37,562 nt of DNA from contig NC_068989.1 in assembly GCF_001194135.2 (NCBI RefSeq), positions 92,926,640 to 92,964,201 of the forward strand, given 5' to 3'. The notes beneath the pieces were generated by a model. It was not told where the DNA came from, made no database searches, and saw only the letters and a program-made list of their open reading frames with translations. Below are positions 1-9,820 of this stretch, piece after piece (positions within the stretch are counted from its first letter, which is position 1; each line of letters begins with the position of its first letter). Source of the DNA: Octopus bimaculoides. Taxonomy: Eukaryota. Both the position numbers and the translations under genes were made by a program.

Positions 1-40
1 GTAATACCGAGATGGACTTTTATGATTTCCGGTTCGAGAA

Positions 41-76
41 AACAAGTACCAAGTGAGGACTGGGGTCGATGTAATC
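41..76 (+). mobile_element. SINE family A, short internal fragment
   Basis: aagtacc...actggggtcgatgtaatc matches the body of the full family A copies (e.g. 25620-25655). Confidence 0.5.
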
Positions 77-214
77 CATGACATTTCTTTCTTGAGTCTT
101 GGCCCTCTTAAGGTCAGTAACTCAGTTTCCCTGGCATAGAAGCGACCGAGATAATATTCTCCCTGCACGCGTTGCCGGTTCGGCGTAGGTCCCAAAACCA
201 GCAATTTTTAGGAT

Positions 215-310
215 ACGTCGATTACACCTGTATTTGACTGGTACTTTATCTTATCGACCCCGTTGGGATGAAAGGTAAAACTGAACTCAGTATGGTTTGA
301 ACTTAGAACA
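215..310 (-). mobile_element. SINE family A, degenerate fragment
   Basis: gtcgattaca...ctggtactt...atcgacccc...ggatgaaagg...ttgaact is the reverse complement of the family A body and B box. Confidence 0.65.
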
Positions 311-370
311 TAAAGAGTCCGAAGAAATATCACTAACTATTTTGTTCGACGCACTAATAACTCTGCCAAT

Positions 371-572
371 ACACAAGGCCAACAATTTCGGGGGAGGGAT
401 TAAGTCGATTATATCGACCCCAGTACTCGATTGGTAGATTATGTTATCGACAACGAAAAGGATGAACGGCAAAGTCAACCTCGATGGAATTTGAACTCAG
501 AACGTAAAGATAGAGGAAACGGTCCTGAGCCTTTTGCCCGACGTGCTAACCATTCTGCTCCCTCCCCGCCTT
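371..572 (-). mobile_element. tRNA-derived SINE family A, near full length
   Basis: Reverse complement reads ggcgg...gcagaatggttagcacg...gttctgagttcaaattcc...ggggtcgatataatcgac...ggccttgtg, collinear with 25491-25886; A-box and B-box-like motifs present. Confidence 0.8.
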
Positions 573-1205
573 ATATTGTATTATCATAAGAAATATTTGT
601 TTATTTACACGTCTACCACGTGAATAAGAGATGTTAATATCTTTGTATTTTGTCTTCTCTTTTCAGGCGAGTACAGAAGTTATTTTTATTTCCAAATTTA
701 GGGGTAAGTTTTGGTTTTATTTTACTTTTGTTGTTTGTTTTGTATTTCCCTTGCAGCTTTGTCCCTTTTCTTTGGTTGTTTGGAAACTTGCGTCTGGGAA
801 TAGGAATGGCGTCCTCGTCCAGACGCTAAATTTTGATAACGTGCTGATTTTACCACCTCTTTCCTTCGACCAGTTTAGCATAATTAGATCCACCAGGATC
901 AACGAGGTATTTTATATACCGTACGACAACATGGTGACCCAGAGGATATATTCAAAGAAGTTGGCGTTAAGCCACTGCAGAACCATCACTAAACTGCAGT
1001 GATGAGGATTTCGTGAGTCCCTTACATGCCCAGGAAATCCATCTACTTATTAATTAATACTATTACCCTAACTGCCACTGCAGAGTTCCTGAAGCAGTTC
1101 CAACGGAAGCGTACCACCACTGCAGATGATAACTGGTAGCATAAACTGTGCCGGTGCTCTACTCAACATTTAAACACATTAATCGACTTATACTTATTTG
1201 TCCAA

Positions 1206-1277
<72 letters not shown>
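1206..1277. repeat. (ATT)n microsatellite, 3' flank of Dong-like LINE
   Basis: About 24 perfect ATT units. Confidence 0.97.
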
Positions 1278-1559
1278 GCCTTTGCACAGCTTCTAGCGCT
1301 GGAGATGTACTACGGTGTCAGCTGTTCACTACCAGTGAACTAAGGTGACACCTCTTATTTTTCGAGCACCTTCCGGAGTATTCGACCGGTGCCAAGCAGA
1401 CCTGTTTTCTGCAAGTGCTCCACTCTTATTGCAGCCCCTATTTGTTCCACTTACTTCTCGAGATTTTTGCTCACTGTTCCCAAGGCTCCGACAATTATTG
1501 ATACTACTACCACCTTTTTCATCGACCACAACTGCTTAACCTCCTAAGCCAACCTGTCG
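1278..1559 (-). mobile_element. R4/Dong-like non-LTR retrotransposon, 5'-truncated 3' end (degenerate)
   Basis: Minus strand 1558-1355 translates DRLA*EVKQLWSMKKVVVVSIIVGALGTVSKNLEK*VEQIGAAIRVEHLQKTGLLGTGRILRKVLEK*. The IIVGALG...QK..LLGT..ILRK.L pattern is typical of the C-terminal restriction-like endonuclease region of R4/Dong elements. Two premature stops; (AAT)n on both flanks. Confidence 0.8.
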
Positions 1560-1572
1560 TATTATTATTATT

Positions 1573-1606
<34 letters not shown>

Positions 1607-1616
1607 NNNNNNNNNN

Positions 1617-1660
<44 letters not shown>
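1560..1660. repeat. (ATT)4 + (ATC)n compound microsatellite containing a 10-N gap
   Basis: Direct reading; N at 1607-1616. Confidence 0.95.
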
Positions 1661-2535
1661 ATATTGAAGTAAAAGAAAATCATTTTAGGAGATTTTAAAC
1701 AGTAGCGTTCATGGTTTTGTATCGTAAAAATGAGTCTGTCTTCTGTGTTATGTAGATTCATATTCGTCTCTAAAGGGTTAACTAATATATTATGTGTATA
1801 TTGTACTCTTAGGCAATGTTTGCTGTTATTCACGACAGTTTATGGCAAATGTCACATGCTACAAATATGGTTTTATGTTTCAGAAATGTCATCTCTATCA
1901 TTAAGCATATGCAACGATTATTGCTAAAAATAACTCTAAAACAATATTTTTTTTTTATTGAACGTCTGTTTTCGCACATAAATTCCAACACACGATGAAA
2001 AACAACAAAAGTTTTATTCGAGGTCTCGAGGAAACCGATTTACACCACATCCGATGAATACAAATAATAAAACATGAAAACAGAGCATTTATATAATACA
2101 TTTGTCCGTTTGTATTTTTCCATTCAAATTATGATTCTATGGAATATCTAACAGGGTCGAGACCGCGGCTATTAACTGAAGCGTGGCTATAAGAGGCCTT
2201 GCTCGTATAATTCTTATAAAGTTGTGGTCGTTGCTATAAAATTCAACCGATATATGGACTTTAAAGTACAAGCAATCATTTTTATGGTGTATATTCAGCG
2301 TTGATATCGTTGCCATCCACTTTATGGAAAATCGACAAAGATCTCGTGGTGCACAGACAAGGTCACGGTATTTGTTTTCGTTTTTGTTTTTCTGTATTTT
2401 TTCTATTTGGTTTTTCTTCGCCGTAGCCATAAATTGTGTCGACATTATTACATTTGAACATAGAAAAATTAACGTGGTTAACAAAAATGTATTTCCAGAT
2501 CAAAACATTTTGCCAAACATATATAGGACATATGT

Positions 2536-2790
2536 GAAGGTGCGTGGACTAGTGGTTAGACTTGTTGCATTCTCGATCGGGAGATTGTGCTTTCGATTCC
2601 CAGACCAGTTGTGCGTTATATTCTAAAGAAAAACATATGCCTCGGTCTATTCAGCTGTCAATGGGCAATCTTGCGACAGACTAACCTTCCAATCGGGGCC
2701 AATGCTGGTCTACTCGCTTATCCAATGGGATGGTATCACACCAAAGCTAAAGGCAATACAAACCTCATTGTGACTAGTGATGTATAACAA
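2536..2790 (+). mobile_element. tRNA-derived SINE family D
   Basis: A box TGGACTAGTGG (2545-2555), B-box-like tttcgattccc; shares tttcgattcccagacc and tgcgac.gac with the inverted copy at 3530-3746. Confidence 0.7.
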
Positions 2791-3007
2791 CTTCGGATAG
2801 TTTGGACGATCACGTGATGTAGGATAGAAAAGAATGTCACGTGGTATATCACTACTTGAATTATCGTTTTTAAAAAGAGTTTCACTTCATGTAAAAACAT
2901 TCTTTGGGTTTCCGGTCGTCAAAGAAAAAATTCTTGGGTTCAATTCTTGTAAACTAATCAATCATTTATTTTCCTTCTTTTCCCTTTATTGTTGTTGTTC
3001 TTCTTGT

Positions 3008-3078
3008 CTAGCTCCAAGTGGACCTTAATCAAGCAAACCTATGATCAAAGGCTTTCCAGCCATGACTATCCTGTCTTT
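3008..3078 (+). repeat. Interspersed repeat family E fragment
   Basis: atgatcaaaggctttccagccatgactatcctgtcttt resembles the reverse complement of aaaacggggtggtcatggttggattgcatttgttcat at about 8938-8975. Confidence 0.5.
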
Positions 3079-3529
3079 CATGTGTGGAGGAAACTCAATA
3101 CTTCATCGCCGAGCGTGATTTGTCTTTTTGTTTTTGTTTCCTAAGACAGTGTCACGGAGATTTTCTTTGTGTGTTGCAATGCTTCAGTAATAAAGTTAAT
3201 AATCGATAGGTGTGCGGGGAATTAAACCAAATCTGATCGATTTTTAAGAAATATTTGACTACGAACCATATTCGAGATCCGATATTTTTGAGTGCAATTA
3301 GTCACGTGGCTGAGGACTCTGACAAGATATTTAATCCCTAACAAAATGGATCAACGAACAAATTTTTATATTTGAAAAGGGTATTAGTTATGTGAAATGT
3401 TTTGGGTGCTATTTTAGTAAGTGTGATTCGAGATAGATTTAGCTGTTAGCTGTAACACGTCGAGTGACTGTGTAGAAAGAAGTTCTGTCATTGACACGCC
3501 TCACATACATATCAAAAAGAATCACAAGT

Positions 3530-3746
3530 GCTTCCCGAGCCATAGGCTCGTAAATCCGGTTTCTCGGATTCTGTAGCGTATATATAACCCTCACCTGGAT
3601 GAGATGCCTGTCCGTCGCAGGGTGACTCATTTTTGCCAGCCTAGTGGACTGGAGCAGCGTGAAATAAAGTGTCTTGCTCAAGAACACAACACAGCCGGTC
3701 TGGGAATCGAAATCACAAGTGCAACACCCTAATCACCAAACCATAT
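3530..3746 (-). mobile_element. tRNA-derived SINE family D
   Basis: Reverse complement: tggtgattagggtgttgcac...tttcgattcccagacc...gtgttcttgagcaagacacttta...ctgcgacggac; homologous to 2536-2790. Confidence 0.7.
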
Positions 3747-4959
3747 TCTTTATTTATGTGGATATTGTACTTATGCGTTTGAATTCGTAATCTTCTAATG
3801 CTTTGCTCATAAAATGGTGGTAAAACTATCTCCACTTTTGATGTGGCTACGTGCCATTTCATGACATTTCAAACGTTGTTAAGTCGTATAAAATAAAATG
3901 TAGACTACATGAGCAAGGCGAAGTAATTTATACATTTATATCTATACACCCCTGTCATAAGGAATCCACTACTTTCACGTTTTTGCGGTCAGAAAGGCTG
4001 GTGATAGTACTGCTGACATCTTCTTTGAATACTCGTAAATCGATATCGACACGAGAGAAATCAAACCGTGAGCGAGGACGGAATGCTTGGTGGATGTAAT
4101 GTAAATCAAGATCATGTTAATCCGATGTATTTTTTAAAGATAACATGTTGAGAGAGTTTGTTAGCAAGTTCAGTGATTTCGTATCAACTCCCTTCTTGTG
4201 GTTTCATTTCGAATGAAGCCAAATCGTATAATTCTATTATCAAAAGTGTTCCAGCTATGTGCATGTCTCATAATTTTTTTCCATAATGTATCTAGGACTA
4301 CATTATCCGATGCGTCCTTCCTATTCTACGAAGACATTCCTGAGATTTGTTTTCTCTTCCTGGCAGGTCAAGAGACTGCTTACAAGCTCACTTCTTCGTT
4401 GATTCAAAATTCGAGTTATTATTAAGCATAATGTGAGACACCTGTACGCCAATGCTAGAGGTGCTTCTTATTCTGAACTTTTCAGTGAGTGTGTGTGTGT
4501 GTGGGAGGGGGGTCTGCATGTCCCTCGCTGTTTGTCTGTCTGCCTGTGTTTCTCTGTGCATTCGTGCGTATGTTTGTGTTCGAACACGTATTTGACATTT
4601 ATGCCGTTTTTTAAATCACAGCCAGATGCAGTCAATATTTCAGTCAACCTATATCCGTACATTATTATGCCATCAAAATGGCACTGGGGTCAAATATACG
4701 AGGCCCAGTGCACCCGTCATGACTACCCGTCTGATAAGGGTACATCAGGCACATGTATCACATGTATCATTGCCATTGTTTTCGTTGCTTTGCTGCATTT
4801 GTTATTGCTGTTGTTGTTGTTTTTCGTTCCTCTCCCTTTCCCCTCCCCCTGTCCTTTTATGCTAACCCTCGCACAAAGTGTGAACTGATTTTGTAACACA
4901 CTCCTCATCTGATACCCCATCCTGGCAGATAAAACAATCATCATCATTGTCATCGTCAG

Positions 4960-4960
<1 letters not shown>

Positions 4961-5031
<71 letters not shown>

Positions 5032-5060
5032 CATTATTATTATTATTATTATTATCATTA
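4961..5060. repeat. (ATT)n microsatellite
   Basis: Direct reading; source of the poly-L/I/N ORFs. Confidence 0.97.
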
Positions 5061-5204
5061 GTTCTCATCTGTATCATGCATACATCACTTAGCTATAGTT
5101 TACTCTCATCTAAAAGTCACTTTCCTCACGTTTCTCCTCCAATCCCTCTATCTACCCCTCCTTTTTCTCTATCTCTGTATCTTGCTAAAAAAATCCTACG
5201 TCTC

Positions 5205-5206
5205 TT

Positions 5207-5260
<54 letters not shown>
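5205..5260. repeat. (TC)n microsatellite
   Basis: Direct reading. Confidence 0.95.
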
Positions 5261-5263
<3 letters not shown>

Positions 5264-5604
5264 TTCTCTATCCCCCTCTTTCCTCCACTCGATGTCGTTC
5301 TCTCAGGTCATTTCTCTCTCTCATATCCATATGTGGAGGCACATTTATCGTCACGTCCTGTTATACTTTCGAAAGATACCGTCAATTATCAAAGAAGGAA
5401 TGTTGTCTCCAGAGATAAGATGGGGGTGTTGATGAAATATATCTTGCGCTGACAGCTGCCACGTATCAGATAAAATAGATATATAGATAGACATGCTGAT
5501 AGGAATGTGTATTTATATATATATGTATGTGAATATATAAATATGAAAAAAGATATAGGTACATACATACCTACACATACACACGTGCACGCACACACAC
5601 ACAC

Positions 5605-5810
5605 AGCCAATCCAAACAAGAACAAGCAAGAAAAAGCAACAACGCGAGGACGTGGAATAAGTACTGTGTTATTGGACGCTCAGGAACGGAAATAAAAGAA
5701 AGAGGATTTCACGTTTCGAGCGGACCTCTTCATCGGAAATATAGGAAAAGTCCAAAGAAGGGAAGACGGAGAAAGAAAATCGCCAACGATACACACGCGG
5801 TCACATATTG
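5605..5810 (-). mobile_element. Hammerhead-bearing interspersed repeat, probable PLE terminal-repeat fragment (family unrelated to the 6.6/8.1/30.7 kb family)
   Basis: Complex 200-bp segment between (CA)n and (TA)n tracts, containing a minimal hammerhead fold on the minus strand; PLE assignment inferred from ribozyme type only. Confidence 0.5.
5706..5740 (-). ncRNA. Minimal type-I hammerhead ribozyme-like motif (U4C core variant; cleavage triplet GUG in this copy)
   Basis: Minus strand ATTT-CCGATGA-A-GAG(gtccg)CTC-GAAAC-GT-G-AAAT: stem I ATTT/AAAT, stem II GAG/CTC, palindromic ACGT stem III. G at position 17 should be non-cleavable. Confidence 0.6.
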
Positions 5811-6587
5811 AATATATATATATACACACACACACGTATACATATGATAGATAGTTAGGTGGATAAATAGATGGATAGATAGATAGATAGATAGATAGAT
5901 ATAAGGATGGATGGAATTGTATGTAGATTAGAGAAAAGTTAGGAGCGTCGACAGATACGTTTGACCCACAAAAACAGTCAGATATATATCTACACACACT
6001 TATACCCTCATGAACACAGTCACACTCATTATTGTCTCTATGCATATGTGTATCTGTATGTGTTTGTATATCCGCATGTGTTTGTGCCAATATCCCGTCT
6101 TATGAATCATGTATTATTTAAGCAGATCACAACAGTTGTTAATGAATGCAGTTCGTTGATTAGTGGTTTCGTTTAACAGAAAATAACATGTGAATCATAG
6201 CATATTTTGAGGGGCGGGTCTTTCATCACTTTACCATTCTCTCGACATCGGAGCTTATCTCAAATTCTTCTGTTTAGCAAACTCACATCAAGACGTTGAC
6301 GTACGCGTATATTTGCTTTCCTTTGACGGGAATCAGAGTCTATCACATATTTTTGTTCGGTTCTTGTTTTGTTCTCTTTTGCTGTTCCGTTTGCTGATTA
6401 TTACTTGCAGTGTTGGTGGCAATCGTGCCATCTCTTTATGACGCATGTCACTTTTTCTCCTACTGACTATTTTCGTTGTTGTAGACAAAAGATTTTGTTT
6501 CAATGCTTAAAAGGCATTTTAAAAACCCTCAGAATCAAACACCTTTATAAAAATTGTGGAAATTCAGGAATTAAATTAAATTAAACT

Positions 6588-6640
6588 CAGAATCATGAGG
6601 TTTGTAGTCCACACTCTTAACCACTAGGCCATATGTCCCT
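6588..6640 (-). promoter_or_regulatory. tRNA-like Pol III cassette (A box, truncated at B box) in the PLE 3' region
   Basis: TGGCCTAGTGGTTAAGAGTGTGGACTACAAACC, starting about 28 bp after the GIY-YIG stop; 16-nt identity (gtggttaagagtgtgg) with 8161-8176. Confidence 0.65.
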
Positions 6641-6667
6641 GGGCAATCATGGAGTGAATTTTAGGAC

Positions 6668-6904
6668 TTATAAATCTAATATTTTTCTATCCTTCCTTAA
6701 TACTGGTTCCCATATGCTATTCATATCTGCACTCGGTCTGCTTAGGAGGTTGTTGTGTCCTAGCATATGTGCTGCTTCTTTTAGTTTTCGTATTTTTCAG
6801 TGGTGTTCTCTGTCTATTATTTTAACTTCATCCCACAGGGGGAGATGGTCTCCATTTTTCCATACATGATCAGCTATACCCGATTTATCAATATCTCCTC
6901 GTGT
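6668..6904 (-). pseudogene. PLE GIY-YIG endonuclease C-terminal remnant (not in ORF track)
   Basis: TRGDIDKSGIADHVWKNGDHLPLWDEVKIIDREHH*KIRKLKEAAHMLGHNNLLSRPSADMNSIWEPVLRKDRKILDL*. The S.IA.H.W...H...WD.VKI.DRE..W..RK.KEA.H pattern and the L.R...IW.P.L tail are typical of PLE GIY-YIG domains; one internal TGA at 6799-6797. Confidence 0.8.
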
Positions 6905-8146
6905 CAAATGTAGATAATATAAATATTGTAAATACTGTACATAATTCCTCATCTCTTAAATATAGAACAGGATAAATTAAACTGATTCGCATCCTACAAA
7001 CAAAACTGATTTCGATTCCATGAAAATGTATAACGCGTTCTATGGTTTCTCCTTATGGATTAACAGTTGCACACATTCGCTGATGCATGTGTCATACACA
7101 CACGTACAATTTTGTACTAAAGTGACATGCAGCATACACTACGAATGCAAGTCGATTCACACACGTACACCCACCAACATAATATGCTCACGTTAGTTAA
7201 TTCAGAAATCCACAAACTCCAAGAGTTGACTTAAACAAAAATTATCTGTTACTTTGTTGGTAACCGGGTTGAACTCTGCTAAGGAATAACTCAATAAATC
7301 CCTCAGAAATACATTCAGAGGTGTGAGTGTGTGCATGTGGTTGGGTCTGTTGGTTTGTGTGTACGTGCGTGATGTAAAGTTTGTGTAAACGTGCTTATTC
7401 ATAGATTTCTTTCTTTCTTTTTTTTTCTTTTTTTTTTGTATAGTATATCTCTGAAAACTCGACTCTTATTTGATATACTGTAGTTTCTTGTATAAATAAC
7501 GATCTAACTCTACATTTGTTGTCTTCGTTGCCCTCGTGGCAAATAAAGAACCTATTTTCTTTTCTCACTTTTTGGAAACCACACATGATAAACCAATGAG
7601 GATGTAAGGAATATGGTTTATATCAGAAAGGAAAGAAGCGAGATAAACAAAACGGAAACACACATGGAAGAACGTGTTTTCACTATTTAAAAAAAAAAAA
7701 ATTTTATATTGCGTTTTTTTACTTGGCTTTTTGTTTTTTTTTTCCTTCGTTCTTGTGAATATCTGGTTTGGCCTGCTTTTATCTGATCTCCCTTGCTCTG
7801 CTCTGTTTCTAATCTAGTTTCAACTGGTCTACAAAGGGAGGAAACATTGTTTAGGATGCGGCGTAAAGTACACTCTGTTTATATTATAATTACCAAGATC
7901 TAAAGAAAGAAGCCGAAATACCATTACACGCCAATGTTCTCTCCACCGCAGTAGACAACACAACACCGTATTACGCTTCGCTACACCACACAGCGAAGGC
8001 ACGCAACATTTCCACATAAAAGTGCTCCTATGTGGTCCCTCGGCTTCCTAGAAATAGCAAACAAATTTTCGATTGTTTTATATCTGAGAGATGAGGAATT
8101 ATGTAAATTATTTGCATTATTTTACATTTGACGGATATTTGTCCAC

Positions 8147-8217
8147 GGGCAAATAGCGTTGTGGTTAAGAGTGTGGGCTACTAACCCCAAAATCCCGAGT
8201 TCGATTCCAGGCAATGA

Positions 8218-8221
<4 letters not shown>
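8147..8221 (+). promoter_or_regulatory. tRNA-like Pol III internal promoter cassette (SINE-type head)
   Basis: A box TAGCGTTGTGG (8154-8164), anticodon-like arm ggg-CTACTAA-ccc, B box GAGTTCGATTCC (8197-8208); no intact acceptor stem, so not a tRNA gene. Confidence 0.7.
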
Positions 8222-8258
<37 letters not shown>

Positions 8259-8305
8259 TCGAAAACTACCTCAAGAATGAGAACCCAGGTTCGAAATTTC
8301 CCCAA

Positions 8306-8351
8306 GGCACCTGATGAAGGCAAGAGGGTATATCAGTCGAAACGTTGTGTT
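8306..8351 (+). ncRNA. Minimal type-I hammerhead ribozyme
   Basis: GGCAC-CTGATGA(8311-8317)-A-GGC...GTC-GAAAC(8339-8343)-GTT-GTGTT: stem I GGCAC/GTGTT, stem II 3 bp here (5 bp in the 30858-30877 copy), loopless palindromic ACGT stem III, predicted cleavage 3' of U8346 (GUU). Confidence 0.75.
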
Positions 8352-8639
8352 AACAACAAACAAACGAGGACAACTATTTGTCAAATGTAAATAATGTAAA
8401 TTCTCCACTAGTTATACCCAATGGCACAGGCATGAGTGTGAGGTTAAAAAAAACTAGCTTTACATTCGATGAACATTCAGTTGTTTTGGTTTGAGCAACT
8501 AAACTATCTCCTCTTAAATTTATGCCGACCTGGTTGAGTATTCCACAGACATGTGTAATCCTTAACGTAATTCTCTGACCGAATTAGCGAGTCACGACAT
8601 GTAACAAGGTTGAACCTTTGAATAATAACTGCAAATCCA

Positions 8640-8812
8640 TCCGACGGGTTTCCATACAGTTTCCGTCCACATCTACTCAGTTTTACTCCCAAATCTTGAG
8701 TCGAGCCGATGTTAAGATAAAACACATTTGTCCAACTAGCCGATTGGGGGTATCGAACCCGGGTCCACACGAGTGTGAGGCGAAATTCTTAACCACCCAA
8801 CCTTGCGTGTGG
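8640..8812 (-). mobile_element. SINE family B, degenerate 5' half
   Basis: cgacgggtttcc.tacagtttccgtc...atcgaacccgg...ttcttaaccac is a diverged reverse complement of 18897-19055. Confidence 0.55.
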
Positions 8813-8847
8813 CTACAAAGAATATATGCTAAGCCAATAAAGGTGTC

Positions 8848-8985
8848 TCTATGCTAGAAAGAGCAGCCAAAAGCTCTCTTACATCACAGCTTACCGGCTT
8901 AAATAAAAAAAAGCAGCGGATAATAAAGTGGCAAAATAAAACGGGGTGGTCATGGTTGGATTGCATTTGTTCATATTTTCCTTCG
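8848..8985 (-). repeat. Interspersed repeat family E fragment
   Basis: gctagaaagagcagccaaa motif shared with 8045-8068, 9040-9075 and (reverse complement) 17113-17148; distal part matches 3008-3078. Confidence 0.5.
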
Positions 8986-9279
8986 CTTAGAAAGGACTTG
9001 GTGTTAAACACAACGTAGCAGCCTCTATACTGTAGACCGGCTTGCTAGAAATTACAGTCAAATCCCCTTCAAATTATTCCCTGTCATCCTGAAACAGGTC
9101 CAGAATAATGTAGTCCTGCGAATGCAGATGTGAAAGGCTTTCGAGCAGCCATTTTGGTGCTGCTTATTTGGTGTGATTGTCTCAACACTGCTTTAGTGGA
9201 CATCAGGCGTTTTAATGTCACACTCTTTCTCTCTCGCCATCTATCTATCTGTTTATCTATCTATCTGTCTGCCTGCCTA

Positions 9280-9310
<31 letters not shown>

Positions 9311-9594
9311 GGCTCTCCTGAGATTGAATAGTTCTATTAATTACATTTGGGGTGGGGTCATATTTCAAAAGTCTTCGTTTTGGTTCGCCAAATACCGGAA
9401 ATAATTCTCTGCAGTGAATTTTGTCGGTTTTCACCCTTATTATATAAATTTATNNNNNNNNNNNNNNNNNNNNNNNNNNNNNNNNNNNNNNNNNNNNNNN
9501 NNNNNNNNNNNNNNNNNNNNNNNNNNNNNNNNNNNNNNNNNNNNNNNNNNNNNNNNNNNNNNNNNNNNNNNNNNNNNNNNNNNNNNNNNNNNNN

Positions 9595-9640
<46 letters not shown>

Positions 9641-9820
9641 TTACTATATTTGTCCTTCTAGCATCGCTTGACACCCGATATTGGTGTGTTTACGTTCCCG
9701 TAACTTAGCGGTTCGGTAAAAAGTGGACGATAGAATAAGTAATAGGATTACAAAGCATAAGTCCTGGGGTCGATTTGTTTAAGCCAAATGACTGAAACAA
9801 GTTAAAGAATAAAAGAATAT
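9595..9820 (+). mobile_element. SINE family B, 3' half preceded by its internal (TG)n (5' half probably in gap 9454-9594)
   Basis: catcgcttgaca.ccgat..tggtgtgtttacgt.cccgtaacttagcggttcgg...gatagaataagta...aagtcctggggtcgattt matches 19090-19220. Confidence 0.8.

Larger units (their letters stand above)
6588..6972 (-). mobile_element. Penelope-like element insertion: GIY-YIG remnant and tRNA-like head (-) joined to an inverted 3' terminus (6903-6972, +)
   Basis: Flanked by the 11-bp direct repeat TAAATTAAACT (6577-6587 and 6973-6983). 6903-6968 gtcaaatgtag...cataattcctcatctcttaaatatagaac matches the reverse complement of about 8072-8132 and 30694-30742. Confidence 0.8.
8071..8397 (+). mobile_element. 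Non-coding PLE-family insertion: inverted 3' terminus, tRNA-like head, (AAT)n, hammerhead, 3' region
   Basis: Left arm tttacatttgacggatatttgtcc (8121-8144) is the inverted counterpart of ggacaactatttgtcaaatgtaaa (8368-8391). Imperfect flanking repeat AAATTTTC (8063-8070) / AAATTCTC (8398-8405). Body matches 30813-30929. Confidence 0.8.

Noticed and set aside
780-1160. Unique segment with repeated CCACTGCAG/ACTGCAG words and ORF 631-1002
   Set aside because: No frame yields a recognisable protein; short word repeats are insufficient.
3780-4430. Complex unique segment with several 50-80 codon open frames on both strands
   Set aside because: All six frames are interrupted by stops; no recognisable family or consistent splice structure.
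8147-8221. Possible tRNA gene (also SINE A, B and D heads)
   Set aside because: No paired acceptor stem or terminator; embedded in multi-copy retroposons.
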